This document shows, in pieces, positions 39,203 through 49,499 of a DNA stretch of 64,000 nt (positions within the stretch are counted from its first letter, which is position 1; the number at the start of each line of letters is the position of its first letter). The DNA comes from Gammaproteobacteria bacterium. Its GTDB lineage: Bacteria; Pseudomonadota; Gammaproteobacteria; Eutrophobiales; Eutrophobiaceae. The notes below the pieces were generated by a model. It was not told where the DNA came from, did no database searches, and saw only the letters and a list, made by a program, of their open reading frames with translations. The stretch lies in the NCBI GenBank assembly GCA_963422205.2, contig CAXMWX010000005.1, forward strand, positions 32,001 to 96,000, read 5' to 3'. A program made the position numbers and the translations under genes.

Positions 39203-39374
39203 CTCACCAGCACGTATAGCCTCATATCAAGGCATACACTAGCGACAGCGGATGCGCCTGGTAAAGATGAGATATGTGTAGTTCGGCAGAAAAAAGAAGT
39301 AGCGGTAATAATGCGTTGTTTTGCTGCAACTACTAACAGCAGTAGTTCGCTTTTATATCAGTCACATAAGCGGT

Positions 39375-42131
39375 TTATACGATCCTCATCTCATGCGCCT
39401 GGCGGATAGCCTGGGTTCGGTTTTCCACGCCCATTTTTTGGTAGATACTCTTCAGGTGATAGCGCACACCATGTGCAGTCAGCCCGATCTGTCTGGCGAT
39501 CAACTTATCTGGATACCCCTTGGACAGGACCGATAATATCTGCACCTCCCGGGCAGAAAAACCGGTTGAGCAGGCAGTTGGAGGCGGCCCTGGCGGCTGA
39601 TAGTTAATCAACTGCTGGACTGTATCAACCGCTTGCTGAGTAAAATTCTGTGCCTGCATGTGGCCTTGCACGGGTGCCAACAGCACCTGTATATGCCGGT
39701 ATTCGTTCAAAAACGGGCGCAGATAACGCGCTTGACTGGCCTGCTGAACAGCTGCGGCCAGGCAGGTCACGGCGGCGGCCTGCTCTTGCCGATCCCGGTG
39801 GTTCAATGCCGTCTGTATTGCTACATTGATCATTAAACGCCGATTGTCCGTTCGGCTGGCAATATTATATGCCCTCTGTAGCCATGTCTCGGCATGAAGG
39901 TCTGCGCCAGTTAGACGGCTTAGGCGAACCAGGGCGAGCAGCACTGCCTCCACCTCACGCCAGGTTTTATCGGCAAAGATGGCACCATCATCCATGCCGG
40001 CAAACAGCACCGAGTATTGCTGTGCTATCTTCAATGCCGCATCGCCCTCATCAATAAAATATAAAATCGATACCTGGGCGGCACTTAGAAAAAGCACCAG
40101 CCGATCCAGTGACTGTGCGATTGCACGCTCTCTGGCCTGCTGCATAAAATCCAGGGCGTCATGTGCGCCTTGTTCGAATAACAGATAAAAGATGGCTGTC
40201 TGATAGGCCGTGGTGTAGATCTCAAAATAGGCTTCCATATCACAGATATTCTTGATGACATGCCGGATGTATTTTTTCGTCTTGACTGTATCACCACGCT
40301 CCCAGTAAAACTCGGCCAAAACCGCATTGCCAAGCAGCTTTAAACCGGTATCACCCGGAAAAGCAGAATGGGTCATTTGTGTCGCCTTGTTATAGTGAAT
40401 AAGCGCGGTGTCGGTCTCAAGGCGTGCCAGTGCTGCCATGCCGAAATAGAAATAAATATACAGCTCGCCATATAAAGAATTAAGACCCAGGTATCGTGCT
40501 ATCGCCTCAGCACCGTATTCCAGGCAATCATCAAACTCCCCATACTGCAACGAGGTTAAACATTGCAGTGTCTTGATATAGCCCAGCAACAACGGATCGT
40601 TGCCTGCATGCTGTAACACAAAACTGAATGCCTCATCAGCAATAATGCGATTCGCCGGTACGCACCCATACTCGGCGATCACCATCTTGATAACAGCACC
40701 TTCGATTTGTAACAACGTGTTATCCCCACCCGGGCGATCTGAGGTAAACGCCTTGCTGGCAACCCTGGCGCGGGCAAACGCCTGCCGGGAGTCAACGATC
40801 CTGCCGGTCTTGGCAAACAGCAGACTCCGGGCGAGCTGAATGCGTGGATAGCCTTTGAGTTCGTACCCATCAAGCAGCTTCAGGCCGCTTGTCAGGCGTG
40901 ACATACCCTCTCTGATCCAGAGCATTGCCCCGCCCATCTGCTCCAGGATGGCAGCCGCATAATCGCCATCGTTCGCTGCCAGCGCATAACGCATGGCATC
41001 AAGCCCGCGCTCATGGGTGAGCATCCATGCCGCCGCTTTTTTATTTAACACGGCATACTCATCGGCGGCGGCTTCTATCAACTCCTGGCGCAAATACTCT
41101 CGCACCAGAGGATGCAGCCGATAGGCTTCCTGGGTGTCTTTCAGCGTATATTCCAGGGGCGAGAATATACCGCCGAGATGCTGCAGGCCCTGGATAACAC
41201 TGCCAGCGTCATGACTGCCACGTATGTGATCAGCACAGGCGACAGTCACCACATCCAGAATTGATGTCTGCCTCAGAAAAGACTGCTGCACAACGGATAA
41301 ATGGGCAAACAACTGCTCGCGAAAATACCCGGCTATGAGCCTGCTGCTGACAGATACGGTATGTGCATCGCCCAGGGGCCTGGCGGTCCTGGTGCCAAAG
41401 GTACGAATCAGTTGTAATGCCACCGGCCAGCCATCGGTTTTTTCCATGATGTTATCAATCTCCCGTGCCGCCAGTGTGTTGGCAAAAAAATCACGCACTT
41501 CCGCCTGGCTGAACATCAACTGCTGCGGGCCGATGGTCAACACGTTGCCGGCAACCGCAACACCGGATAATGCAAGTCCGGGGTTTTGTCTACAGGCAAA
41601 AACTAATTGCAGATTGCCCGGCTGCAAATGTAACAAGCGGTTTATGTCCGGCAGGACATCGGCGGGCGTGTTTTCAAAATCATCCAGAATCAGCACACAG
41701 CGGCTCTGGCTGTTCTCAATAAAACCCAGCAGCCTGCCCAATGAATAAGCAAAATCACTGGAAGAGAAAGCAGGCGCCGCCAGCAGCCCGGTTTGTGTCG
41801 CATCAAGGCCGCTATGATGGAAGGCAAACGCCATGTACGGCAGCAGAATATCCGACTGATCGGTCGGCTCGATCGACAGCCAGGCGACATGAATACCACT
41901 TTCCCTGATCTGCTCTCGCCACTGTGAGAGCAGCAGCGTCTTGCCGAACCCGGCCGGTGCTTCCAGCAGAATCACCGGCGTGTCCTGATGTACCCTCAGC
42001 AGTTCAATAAGGGCTTCACGGCGATTGACATTGATCGATATCCTGGGCGGGGAGACCTTGGAGTTGATCAACCAGGGTGCAATGAATGTATTCATCATGA
42101 TTCTGCCAGGCAAAAGTGTATACCAAACCAT
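39375..42131 (-). CDS. MalT-like (STAND) LuxR-family transcriptional regulator
   Basis: Walker A APAGFGKT, LILDD, GWPVALQL, YRLHPL, C-terminal LuxR HTH (FSARE...VRYHLKSIYQKMGV); real start probably near 42098. Confidence 0.92.
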   Translation of the reverse strand: MVWYTLLPGRIMMNTFIAPWLINSKVSPPRISINVNRREALIELLRVHQDTPVILLEAPAGFGKTLLLSQWREQIRESGIHVAWLSIEPTDQSDILLPYMAFAFHHSGLDATQTGLLAAPAFSSSDFAYSLGRLLGFIENSQSRCVLILDDFENTPADVLPDINRLLHLQPGNLQLVFACRQNPGLALSGVAVAGNVLTIGPQQLMFSQAEVRDFFANTLAAREIDNIMEKTDGWPVALQLIRTFGTRTARPLGDAHTVSVSSRLIAGYFREQLFAHLSVVQQSFLRQTSILDVVTVACADHIRGSHDAGSVIQGLQHLGGIFSPLEYTLKDTQEAYRLHPLVREYLRQELIEAAADEYAVLNKKAAAWMLTHERGLDAMRYALAANDGDYAAAILEQMGGAMLWIREGMSRLTSGLKLLDGYELKGYPRIQLARSLLFAKTGRIVDSRQAFARARVASKAFTSDRPGGDNTLLQIEGAVIKMVIAEYGCVPANRIIADEAFSFVLQHAGNDPLLLGYIKTLQCLTSLQYGEFDDCLEYGAEAIARYLGLNSLYGELYIYFYFGMAALARLETDTALIHYNKATQMTHSAFPGDTGLKLLGNAVLAEFYWERGDTVKTKKYIRHVIKNICDMEAYFEIYTTAYQTAIFYLLFEQGAHDALDFMQQARERAIAQSLDRLVLFLSAAQVSILYFIDEGDAALKIAQQYSVLFAGMDDGAIFADKTWREVEAVLLALVRLSRLTGADLHAETWLQRAYNIASRTDNRRLMINVAIQTALNHRDRQEQAAAVTCLAAAVQQASQARYLRPFLNEYRHIQVLLAPVQGHMQAQNFTQQAVDTVQQLINYQPPGPPPTACSTGFSAREVQILSVLSKGYPDKLIARQIGLTAHGVRYHLKSIYQKMGVENRTQAIRQAHEMRIV

Positions 42132-42384
42132 GGCAAGCTGACCATCCTGCCCGCGGCAAGACAGAAAGACTCAGCGTGAACTTAAAAGACAGTCAACCCG
42201 ATCATACCGGATTTTAACGATGTGCAAGCTATCGATTGGGAGTTGCGGACAGGATAACCAGGGGCTTCGCCGGAGCAAATTGAAAAGACGCATCCACAGG
42301 CAGGCAATGACTTGAATTAATCGGGCAACATGAAAAATCGCCGTGGCTTTTATTCGGCATTGACAGGCAAATCAACCACACCGG

Positions 42385-43200
42385 CTAACCGTCCTGATCT
42401 ATCGTTGCCTCCATGTCCTGGGATTCTACTGCCTCATCGCTCTGCCCGAAGTCGGCCTCCATGCTGTGTGACTCTGCACTCTCATCGCTCTGCCCGAAGT
42501 CAGCTTCCATGCTGTGTGACTCTGCACTCTCATCGCTCTGCCCGAAGTCAGCTTCCATGCTGTGCGACTCTGCACTCTCATCGCTCTGCCCGAAGTCGGC
42601 TTCCATGCTGTGTGACTCTGCACTCTCATCGCTCTGCCCGAAGTCGGCTTCCATGCTGTGTGACTCCTGCTTTATTTGCGCCTGTGTTGCAGCAGGCCCG
42701 GCGGGCTTTGGGTCTGTCTGTTTAACGGCGAGCGAGTCTTCTCTCGATTCTTGTTTGACGGGCCGACTCACAACCGGCCTGTTATTACCCTGCAATGGTC
42801 GGTCAAGGATGGCGGAGAAGGTGTGTGACCAGCGTGACTGCTCATCATACACATCCATGATGAATTGCACGAACAACTGGTTTACTGGCTCTGCACTGGA
42901 GAAATGTACGATCCTGCCGTCATCGCCAGGTTCAACCCGAACGGATAGCCCGCTTAAACGTGCCTGTTCAGGGATGTCTTGATTTAAGTAGGCGTAAGCC
43001 GGTGCCATTTTGATGGTGATGCTATCATGATGGGGCAGGCTTGATACCGGGATGACTGTGTATGCCCTAAATGGCTGACCGATACGGGAGTCTACCTGTA
43101 ACTCGCCGATAGTGAGCGCATTGACCTGTAAAGACAGCAGCAATGAAACTGCCAGCATCGGCAACATTCTATTCATGAACCTGCTCCTGAAATTGTGCAT
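42385..43200 (-). CDS. Short FimV N-terminal-like exported protein with acidic repeat tail
   Basis: Signal peptide then ALTIGELQVDSRIGQPFRA...SAEPVNQLFVQF...FSAILD, resembling the FimV N-terminal domain; no LysM/TM/C-terminal domain. Confidence 0.65.
   Translation of the reverse strand: MHNFRSRFMNRMLPMLAVSLLLSLQVNALTIGELQVDSRIGQPFRAYTVIPVSSLPHHDSITIKMAPAYAYLNQDIPEQARLSGLSVRVEPGDDGRIVHFSSAEPVNQLFVQFIMDVYDEQSRWSHTFSAILDRPLQGNNRPVVSRPVKQESREDSLAVKQTDPKPAGPAATQAQIKQESHSMEADFGQSDESAESHSMEADFGQSDESAESHSMEADFGQSDESAESHSMEADFGQSDESAESHSMEADFGQSDEAVESQDMEATIDQDG
42427..42666. repeat. 48-bp coding tandem repeat, five copies plus a degenerate partial sixth
   Basis: Unit CTCATCGCTCTGCCCGAAGTCRGCYTCCATGCTGTGYGACTCTGCACT, encoding ESHSMEADFGQSDESA on the minus strand. 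Confidence 0.95.
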
Positions 43201-43216
43201 CAGCTATCATGCGTTC

Positions 43217-45241
43217 TTAACGCTTCACTTCTCTGGCAACCCTAAAGCCCAGATTAAAGTAACGGTAAGTGAGGGGATCCGTGCCGCGCCTGGCGGCCCG
43301 AATCAATGTGGGAAAATTGCCCCACGAACCACCACGATAAATGCGGTTGCCGCACGTGCCGTTTTTATGAGGACTCCCATCCAGGGGTAAAGTTTCATAA
43401 GAATCATGCCAGCAATCCTCAGTCCACTCCCACACATTACCCAGCGTGTCCTGCAAGCCAAAATTATTCGCCTGAAAGCTGCCGACAGGCGAGGTATGCA
43501 CATGGCCGTCATTACAGGAGAAAATATTATCGGCAGCGGTATTGAGATTATGGCTCTGTGCCCGCTTGACATCGGATACATTGGCGAACAGACACGCTTC
43601 ACGCCCGTTGGCCTCCCAATAACGTGATGCAGTCGTGCCGGCTCGTGCGGCATATTCCCACAGGGCCTCTGATGGCAGCATGTATACCTGCCCGGTCTCT
43701 TCTGACAGCCAGTTGATATAAGCCTGTGCATCATTCCAGTTGACACACACCACCGGATGCTCATCCGATTGCGGAAAACCCGGGCGCTGCCAGTCATGGG
43801 TATTGCTCCAGCGCCAACCCCCATCATAAATTCTGCACCCCTGGGCTGGGTCACGCTCCGCCTCGGTGACATAGCCTGTTGCGGTGACAAATTGTTTGAA
43901 CTGCTTGACCGTGATCTCGGTCTTGCCCATCGCCACCGGTCGGGCGATCTGCACCCGCTGTTGCGGGCCTTCAACACGGGAGCGGCCTTTCTCTGTCGCC
44001 TCACTGCCAATGATAAAATCGCCAGCAGGCAGCAGGACCATGACCGGCCCCGTCCCGCCCATCTTCAGCGCATCGGCAAACACCTCGCCCGCCACCAGCC
44101 CGACATCGGCTGTGCTGGCAACTGGCGGTGCTGGGCTGGTCGTGCTGACCTTCGCGGGCGCCGAGGCGGCCTGGTGTTCTGATCGCCAGACAAACCAGGC
44201 TGAGATAACAACGCTGATCACAACGGCAGCAAGGCCGATGATGATCGCTGGCCTGTGCGTTTTACTCTCAGGTTGTACTGTCTCAAGCGCCATATCATGG
44301 GTATCACCCAGGCGGCTGGTTGTGCTGGTATAGCCGGTTGTGAGTTCACGGTCGCCGGTGAGCATGGCTCTCCAGGTATCGAGATCCTGCGGCCGGCTGT
44401 CCTCCTTAAATTGCAGGGCGGCAGCAATACCATTGAGCAGGCGTACACTGTATCTGCCGGTAGCCGCCAGCTTGTCAAGCGGGATGAGCGGATCATCACG
44501 CTGCTGCAATAAAGCACTGCCACGGGACAGGGCATCAGCCGGACTGGTACCCGCAATGCAACGGTACATGGAGGCGGCCAGGCTGTAGATATCCGTCCAC
44601 CTGCCCTGTGCGGCGGCATCGCCGGTGTATTGCTCATAGGGCGTATAGCCGGGGGAGACCAGTGTGGTCACCTGCTTGGAGTCGGCCATGATGTTGTGCG
44701 CCGAGCCAAAATCGATCAACACGGCGGTGTCATCCCGGCGCAGCATGATGTTGCCGGGTTTGATATCCCGGTGGATAAAACCGGCCTGATGGACGATGGA
44801 CAGGCCATCAATGATCGGTAAAAATATTTTTAAGATCCGCTCCTCATCCAGCGTCTTGTGCACATTCAGCACCGCCTTTAAATCCTGCCCCTGCTCATAG
44901 CGCATGGCGGTGTATGCGGTCTCGTTCTCTTCAAACACGTTCAGCACACGCACGATATTAGGGTGCTCAAACTTGGCCATGGTTCTGGCTTCCCTGATAA
45001 AGCGATTCCTGCCGGCCTCAAATACCTCAACATATTGCTTGTGTGGCGTCACCATATTGGTGTTATCACGCACAGCCATATCCGATGGCATGTATTCCTT
45101 GATCGCCACCCGCCGGTCCAGATTCATATCATGCGCCAGGTAAGTTACGCCAAACCCGCCCGTGCCCAAGACGTCCTCTATCTTGTACCAGAGTAACAAA
45201 TGGCCTTTGGCAAGAAAGTCTCTGTTGGTATCTGTAGCCAT
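43217..45241 (-). CDS. Membrane Ser/Thr kinase fused to a C-terminal FGE-sulfatase (SUMF1-like) domain
   Basis: LGTGGFGVTY, VAIKE, HRDIKPGN, DFG; one TM; HPVVCVNWNDA, LPSEALWEYAARAG, GNVWEW, GFRVAR. Confidence 0.93.
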   Translation of the reverse strand: MATDTNRDFLAKGHLLLWYKIEDVLGTGGFGVTYLAHDMNLDRRVAIKEYMPSDMAVRDNTNMVTPHKQYVEVFEAGRNRFIREARTMAKFEHPNIVRVLNVFEENETAYTAMRYEQGQDLKAVLNVHKTLDEERILKIFLPIIDGLSIVHQAGFIHRDIKPGNIMLRRDDTAVLIDFGSAHNIMADSKQVTTLVSPGYTPYEQYTGDAAAQGRWTDIYSLAASMYRCIAGTSPADALSRGSALLQQRDDPLIPLDKLAATGRYSVRLLNGIAAALQFKEDSRPQDLDTWRAMLTGDRELTTGYTSTTSRLGDTHDMALETVQPESKTHRPAIIIGLAAVVISVVISAWFVWRSEHQAASAPAKVSTTSPAPPVASTADVGLVAGEVFADALKMGGTGPVMVLLPAGDFIIGSEATEKGRSRVEGPQQRVQIARPVAMGKTEITVKQFKQFVTATGYVTEAERDPAQGCRIYDGGWRWSNTHDWQRPGFPQSDEHPVVCVNWNDAQAYINWLSEETGQVYMLPSEALWEYAARAGTTASRYWEANGREACLFANVSDVKRAQSHNLNTAADNIFSCNDGHVHTSPVGSFQANNFGLQDTLGNVWEWTEDCWHDSYETLPLDGSPHKNGTCGNRIYRGGSWGNFPTLIRAARRGTDPLTYRYFNLGFRVAREVKR

Positions 45242-45252
45242 GTTGCCAAACC

Positions 45253-45852
45253 TTATTTGCTCATATTGAGGTAGCGACTCACCCAATGAACACGTGCAGC
45301 CGGCAATCGCATGATCAGCAACAGCAGCAGCACAAAGCCATAGATCAGCGGCTCTGTTATATCCGCCTTGACCAGCCAGAGAAAATGCAGCACGCCTAAA
45401 ATGGCGATGAGGTAGATTAGCTGATGCAGTTTTTTCCAATAGCTGCCGAGACGCTGCACCATCATTCTGTTAGAGGTTATCGCCAGCGGGATCAACAAGA
45501 CAAAAGCAGCAAAGCCGACCGTGATATATGGCCTTTTAACAATATCAGCAATGATCGCCTGCACATCAAAAAATTGATCGAATACCAAGTAAGTCAGAAA
45601 ATGCAGCAGGGCATAGAAAAAAACATAAAGCCCTAACATCCGGCGATAGCGGATCAGGCGATTCCATTTTGTGATCCGGCGTAACGGGGTGATGGCCAGC
45701 GTGAGCAGCAACATGATCAGCGTCCAGCCACCCGTGAAGTGGGTGATATCCTCCACCGGGTTTGCGCTTAAACCACCTGTCAGGATTAAAAATAACAGGT
45801 AGCAAAACGGCATCAAGGCGAAAATAAATACGATAACTTTATCCATGCCCAC
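45253..45852 (-). CDS. msrQ: Heme-binding membrane subunit MsrQ (YedZ)
   Basis: ANPVE.ITHFTG.W, RRMLGL..FFYA.LH, KRPYITVG, WKKLHQLIY, LHFLW. Confidence 0.9.
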   Translation of the reverse strand: MGMDKVIVFIFALMPFCYLLFLILTGGLSANPVEDITHFTGGWTLIMLLLTLAITPLRRITKWNRLIRYRRMLGLYVFFYALLHFLTYLVFDQFFDVQAIIADIVKRPYITVGFAAFVLLIPLAITSNRMMVQRLGSYWKKLHQLIYLIAILGVLHFLWLVKADITEPLIYGFVLLLLLIMRLPAARVHWVSRYLNMSK

Positions 45853-46269
45853 CCTTCTTTGTCTGTTTTGTACCCCGTCTGCCGGACTGTTGACTCATGA
45901 GTATGTGGTATAGACGATTTGTTTGCCCTGAATGCGATTTTCCCCATCGACTGCATGCCCTGGAAGTCATACCTTGCAATTCAAGTAGAGTTTTTTTGAC
46001 TATGAGGCTAGGACTCCAACTGGTCGTCAGTAGTTCAAAAATGGCCGAATTGCCAATTTCAGGTAAAAAAACGGCTTGGGCAAGATAAGGCAAAAAAGAC
46101 GATCTATCAACGACATAGCCAAATGAATACCCGACATAAAGGCGCTGCCTGGCTGGCTTTTATATGGCAGACTTTATCCCGGCAAATAACATACTGTTGG
46201 GCAAATCAGTCAGGATAATTAACGGCACGTAATATTTTTTCAATCTCCTCCCAATAATCCTCAAGTTGC

Positions 46270-46839
46270 TCATCCATGATCTCGGCATGGCTGGCATATC
46301 TGTCTTTGATTCACCCGGTCGTTCTTCCAGACATGTTGGTAGCACCTATAGGTCTGGTCACTTGAAGTCTCTCGCAAGCGCAGAATTGCTACGGCAAACA
46401 GAAGATAAACACCGGATTCAATATGATTATTGTGTGCATCATAGTTGAAAGTATCGATGAGAATATGAGCAGCATTTTTTACCGCTGAAATTTTGTTGGA
46501 TATGTCATCGGGTGGGAAATAACCATTTATTATTAAGCTGATATTTGAAAGTTTACTGAGATAAATTTCCGATATGTTTTTGCCTTTCGTAAAGTATTTC
46601 GCGCGGACAAATTGATCTAATAGAAACAATCTCTCGTCTCTAAAAGTTTTAAACTGACTGCGGTAATCTTTTCTGAAATTCTCATCCAGTGTTTCGTTGA
46701 CTTTATCCAGGGCATTATCTGCAAGCAGCCCCTCGTTCATACCCCATTCACAGACTTCCCGTGTCTGTTCACAAAGAACGTGATATAAGTCATCCTGTTT
46801 TTGTTCCAGGCGGTTAAAAGCCGCTGTGATTTTGCTCAT
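46270..46839 (-). CDS. Hypothetical helical protein, AT-rich, possibly frameshifted near its 3' end
   Basis: 189-aa ORF with no recognised motif; an alternate frame continues IKDRYASHAEIMDEQLEDYWEEIEKILRAVNYPD*. Confidence 0.5.
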   Translation of the reverse strand: MSKITAAFNRLEQKQDDLYHVLCEQTREVCEWGMNEGLLADNALDKVNETLDENFRKDYRSQFKTFRDERLFLLDQFVRAKYFTKGKNISEIYLSKLSNISLIINGYFPPDDISNKISAVKNAAHILIDTFNYDAHNNHIESGVYLLFAVAILRLRETSSDQTYRCYQHVWKNDRVNQRQICQPCRDHG

Positions 46840-46897
46840 GATCTTTTAAGCAAGTGATGAATAAACGGGTGAGCATGCCTTGACCGAACCGCTGCAA

Positions 46898-48802
46898 TCA
46901 CAACACCTCTTCATACACCGTCACCTTTGCATGATCTTGCAGCGTCCTGGCAAACTCCTGCCAGTCATTACCCCCCGCAGTACGCACTAATTGCTCGCGC
47001 AGTGTGTTCACTTGTGCCTGCTTGATATCCTCTGCCGCCATCTCGTGTACCTTCTCTACCACCACGACAATATAATCACCACTGCCCAGAGAAGTGCCCG
47101 ATACCAGCGGGACGGCGGCGGCCGGTCGGCCGGCATTAAATGCCTGTCGCAACACAGCCCGGTTGATACCGGGATCATCCCGGCTGACATCGCTGGCCTG
47201 TTGCCAGGAAACCGCATATGCAGAGGCAATCGCTTCCTGACTAACCCCGTCATGCAGTTTGGCGATAATCGCCTGGCCCTGCTCTTCGGTCTGTTCTCTG
47301 GCCTGTTCAAACGTGATACGGGTGATGATCTGCTCGCGCACATCGGCCAGTGGCCGGGCTTCAGCTTCAATATGATCAACCACACGCAATACCATCAGGC
47401 GCTCATCCGCCAGTTCCAACAATTCGCTGTTCTCTCCCTGCTGCAACACCTCCTCACTGAATGCCGCCCTGATCACCCGAGGATCAGAGACCACGCCCGT
47501 ACCCGGGGCTTCCCGGCTGATATAATCGCTTTCCATGATCGCCAGGCCAAGCTCCTCAGCGGCGATATCCAAAGTATCAGAATGCTCGTATGCCAGGGTG
47601 GCAAGCTGATCAGACTGCTCATATAACAAGGTCTCGGCTTTGTGCAATTTCAGATCAGCGACCACCTGTTCACGGATCTCATCCAGGGAAGCACGGGAAC
47701 CCCCTTTGACCTTAACTAACTCAATAATATGCCAGCCGTATTTTGATTTGACCGGCTCACTTATCTGCCCGGCCTGCATGTCGGCCAGGACCGCATCCAC
47801 TTCCGGCTCCAAAACGCCCTCGGTCAGGAACTCAAATTCGCTATACTCCACACGGTTATCCTCACTGGCATCCTCGGTGACTACCGCCTCCAGCGTTTTC
47901 CCGGAGGTAATCAAGGCATACAAGCTGTCCGCCTGCTGCTGTGTTGCGGCGATGACATCGGCCGTCGGCGGCTCTGGCATTTTCACTAACACCTGTCTGA
48001 TGTGTCTTTGCCCGGCCACGTCATAATCCTGCCTGTTGTCCTGATACCACGCCTCCAGCTCACCTTCCGCCAGTTCGATATCATCGGCCAGCCTGGCAGC
48101 GGACAGCACCAGATAATGCAGCTTGACTTTCTCCGGCTGCATGAATGCCTGTTGATTTTCTTTGTAGTAGGTATCAATTTCCGCATCGCTGACGGCAATA
48201 CGCTCTTTGGCCTTATCAGACGATAAAACCACATACGCCAGGTCACGTTTTTCATTTTCTATCCGGGCGAAGCGTAATGCCTCCTGCCGGGTCGCAAAGC
48301 TGGATTCAATCAACGTACCCTGAAGCTGTTCAAGCAGCATGTCCTGCTTTATCTGTGCTTTGAATGTCGCCGGAGTCAAACCCTGGCTTGACACATAAGC
48401 CTCAAGTAATGCAGGACTGAAGCCGTTCTCATCATTGAAGGCGGGGATCTGTTCCAGGGTATTGAGGACATCGGCATCGCTAACCGCTAACCGCATCCTG
48501 GCGCTCTGTTGCTTGAATAATTCTGCCCGAATGAGCCGGTCAATGGTCTGCTGTTTCAGCAAGGGCTGAATGTCATCGGTTATCGGCTGGCTGGCGATTT
48601 CCTGCCAACGCTGCTTGAGCACCTGATAAGCTCGCTGGTAGTCGCCCAAGGAGAGTGCTTCACCATTGACTTCAATGGCGATAACCTCGCCGCCAGCTTC
48701 GAAATAAGAACTCACCCCCCACAAGGCAAACGGGATAATTAACAGGGTGAAGATGACACCGGCCACCCAGCCGGTGACCCGATCTCTGATGCTTTGTAAC
48801 AT
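46898..48802 (-). CDS. ppiD: Peptidyl-prolyl isomerase/chaperone PpiD
   Basis: MLQSIRDR..TM..FALWGV, SurA-like N-terminus, parvulin-type PVKSKYGWHII; conserved position after hupB-tRNAs. Confidence 0.92.
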   Translation of the reverse strand: MLQSIRDRVTGWVAGVIFTLLIIPFALWGVSSYFEAGGEVIAIEVNGEALSLGDYQRAYQVLKQRWQEIASQPITDDIQPLLKQQTIDRLIRAELFKQQSARMRLAVSDADVLNTLEQIPAFNDENGFSPALLEAYVSSQGLTPATFKAQIKQDMLLEQLQGTLIESSFATRQEALRFARIENEKRDLAYVVLSSDKAKERIAVSDAEIDTYYKENQQAFMQPEKVKLHYLVLSAARLADDIELAEGELEAWYQDNRQDYDVAGQRHIRQVLVKMPEPPTADVIAATQQQADSLYALITSGKTLEAVVTEDASEDNRVEYSEFEFLTEGVLEPEVDAVLADMQAGQISEPVKSKYGWHIIELVKVKGGSRASLDEIREQVVADLKLHKAETLLYEQSDQLATLAYEHSDTLDIAAEELGLAIMESDYISREAPGTGVVSDPRVIRAAFSEEVLQQGENSELLELADERLMVLRVVDHIEAEARPLADVREQIITRITFEQAREQTEEQGQAIIAKLHDGVSQEAIASAYAVSWQQASDVSRDDPGINRAVLRQAFNAGRPAAAVPLVSGTSLGSGDYIVVVVEKVHEMAAEDIKQAQVNTLREQLVRTAGGNDWQEFARTLQDHAKVTVYEEVL

Positions 48803-48849
48803 GGTATTACCTCATATATCGCTTCTGCTACTCATGCGATGTGATAACG

Positions 48850-48883
48850 AAAAAAGGCGCACCTGTAGGTTTCAGGCACGCCC
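48850..48883 (-). terminator. Intrinsic terminator after the tRNA pair
   Basis: Minus strand GGCGTGCCTG-AAACCTA-CAGGTGCGCC followed by a T run. Confidence 0.65.
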
Positions 48884-48892
48884 ATTTCGATC

Positions 48893-48969
48893 TGGCGGAG
48901 TGGACGGGACTCGAACCCGCGACCCCCGGCGTGACAGGCCGGTATTCTAACCAACTGAACTACCACTCC
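48893..48969 (-). tRNA. tRNA-Asp(GTC)
   Basis: GGAGTGGTAGTTCAGTTGGTTAGAATACCGGCCTGTCACGCCGG...CCA. Confidence 0.97.
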
Positions 48970-48975
48970 GGAAGC

Positions 48976-49051
48976 TGGTGGGTGCTGAGGGGCTCGAACC
49001 CCCGACTTCCGCCTTGTAAGGGCGGCGCTCTCCCAACTGAGCTAAGCACCC
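48976..49051 (-). tRNA. tRNA-Val(TAC)
   Basis: GGGTGCTTAGCTCAGTTGGGAGAGCGCCGCCCTTACAAGGCGG...CCA. Confidence 0.97.
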
Positions 49052-49082
49052 TGGCTTTTTACCCGACCCCGGGCAAGGCGTC

Positions 49083-49355
49083 TCAGTTTATGGCATCTTT
49101 GAGTGCTTTGCCAGGCTTGAACCCGGGCGCCTTTGACGCCTTGATTTTGATTTCCGCACCCGTCTTGGGATTGCGTCCTGTGCGTGCCTTGCGCTTGCGT
49201 ACCGAGAATGTGCCGAAACCCACCAGAGTGACCGTATCGCCTTTTTGTAATGCCCCGGTGATAGCGGCAACAGCACCATCTAACGCACGACCGGCAGCGG
49301 CCCTGGAGATGTCGGCCGAATCGGCAACGGCGTCTATCAATTCTGCTTTGTTCAT
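49083..49355 (-). CDS. hupB: DNA-binding protein HU
   Basis: [11 protein letters not shown]...LVGFGTF...GRNPKTG; follows lon. Confidence 0.96.
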   Translation of the reverse strand: MNKAELIDAVADSADISRAAAGRALDGAVAAITGALQKGDTVTLVGFGTFSVRKRKARTGRNPKTGAEIKIKASKAPGFKPGKALKDAIN

Positions 49356-49499
49356 AGTAATAATTCCCCTTATAAGTCACCCTGGAACAATGAAACCTAC
49401 GGAAGTTAATGCGTATTGGCTGGAAGCAACCAAGCCTGCCTTTATATCAAGCAGGCTAAATATCGTCAAGCGATCTTGGAGAAAAGCACGACAAGCGGT

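Noticed and set aside
42427-42666. Possible CRISPR array
   Set aside because: Units are contiguous 48-mers with no unique spacers, keep the reading frame, and no cas genes are present
46005-46140. Possible IS end beginning at CTAG
   Set aside because: No matching inverted repeat or transposase fragment recognised
28921-46839. tRNA-Arg-anchored genomic island
   Set aside because: No integrase, and I did not see a duplicated tRNA 3' end; the accessory content alone is not enough
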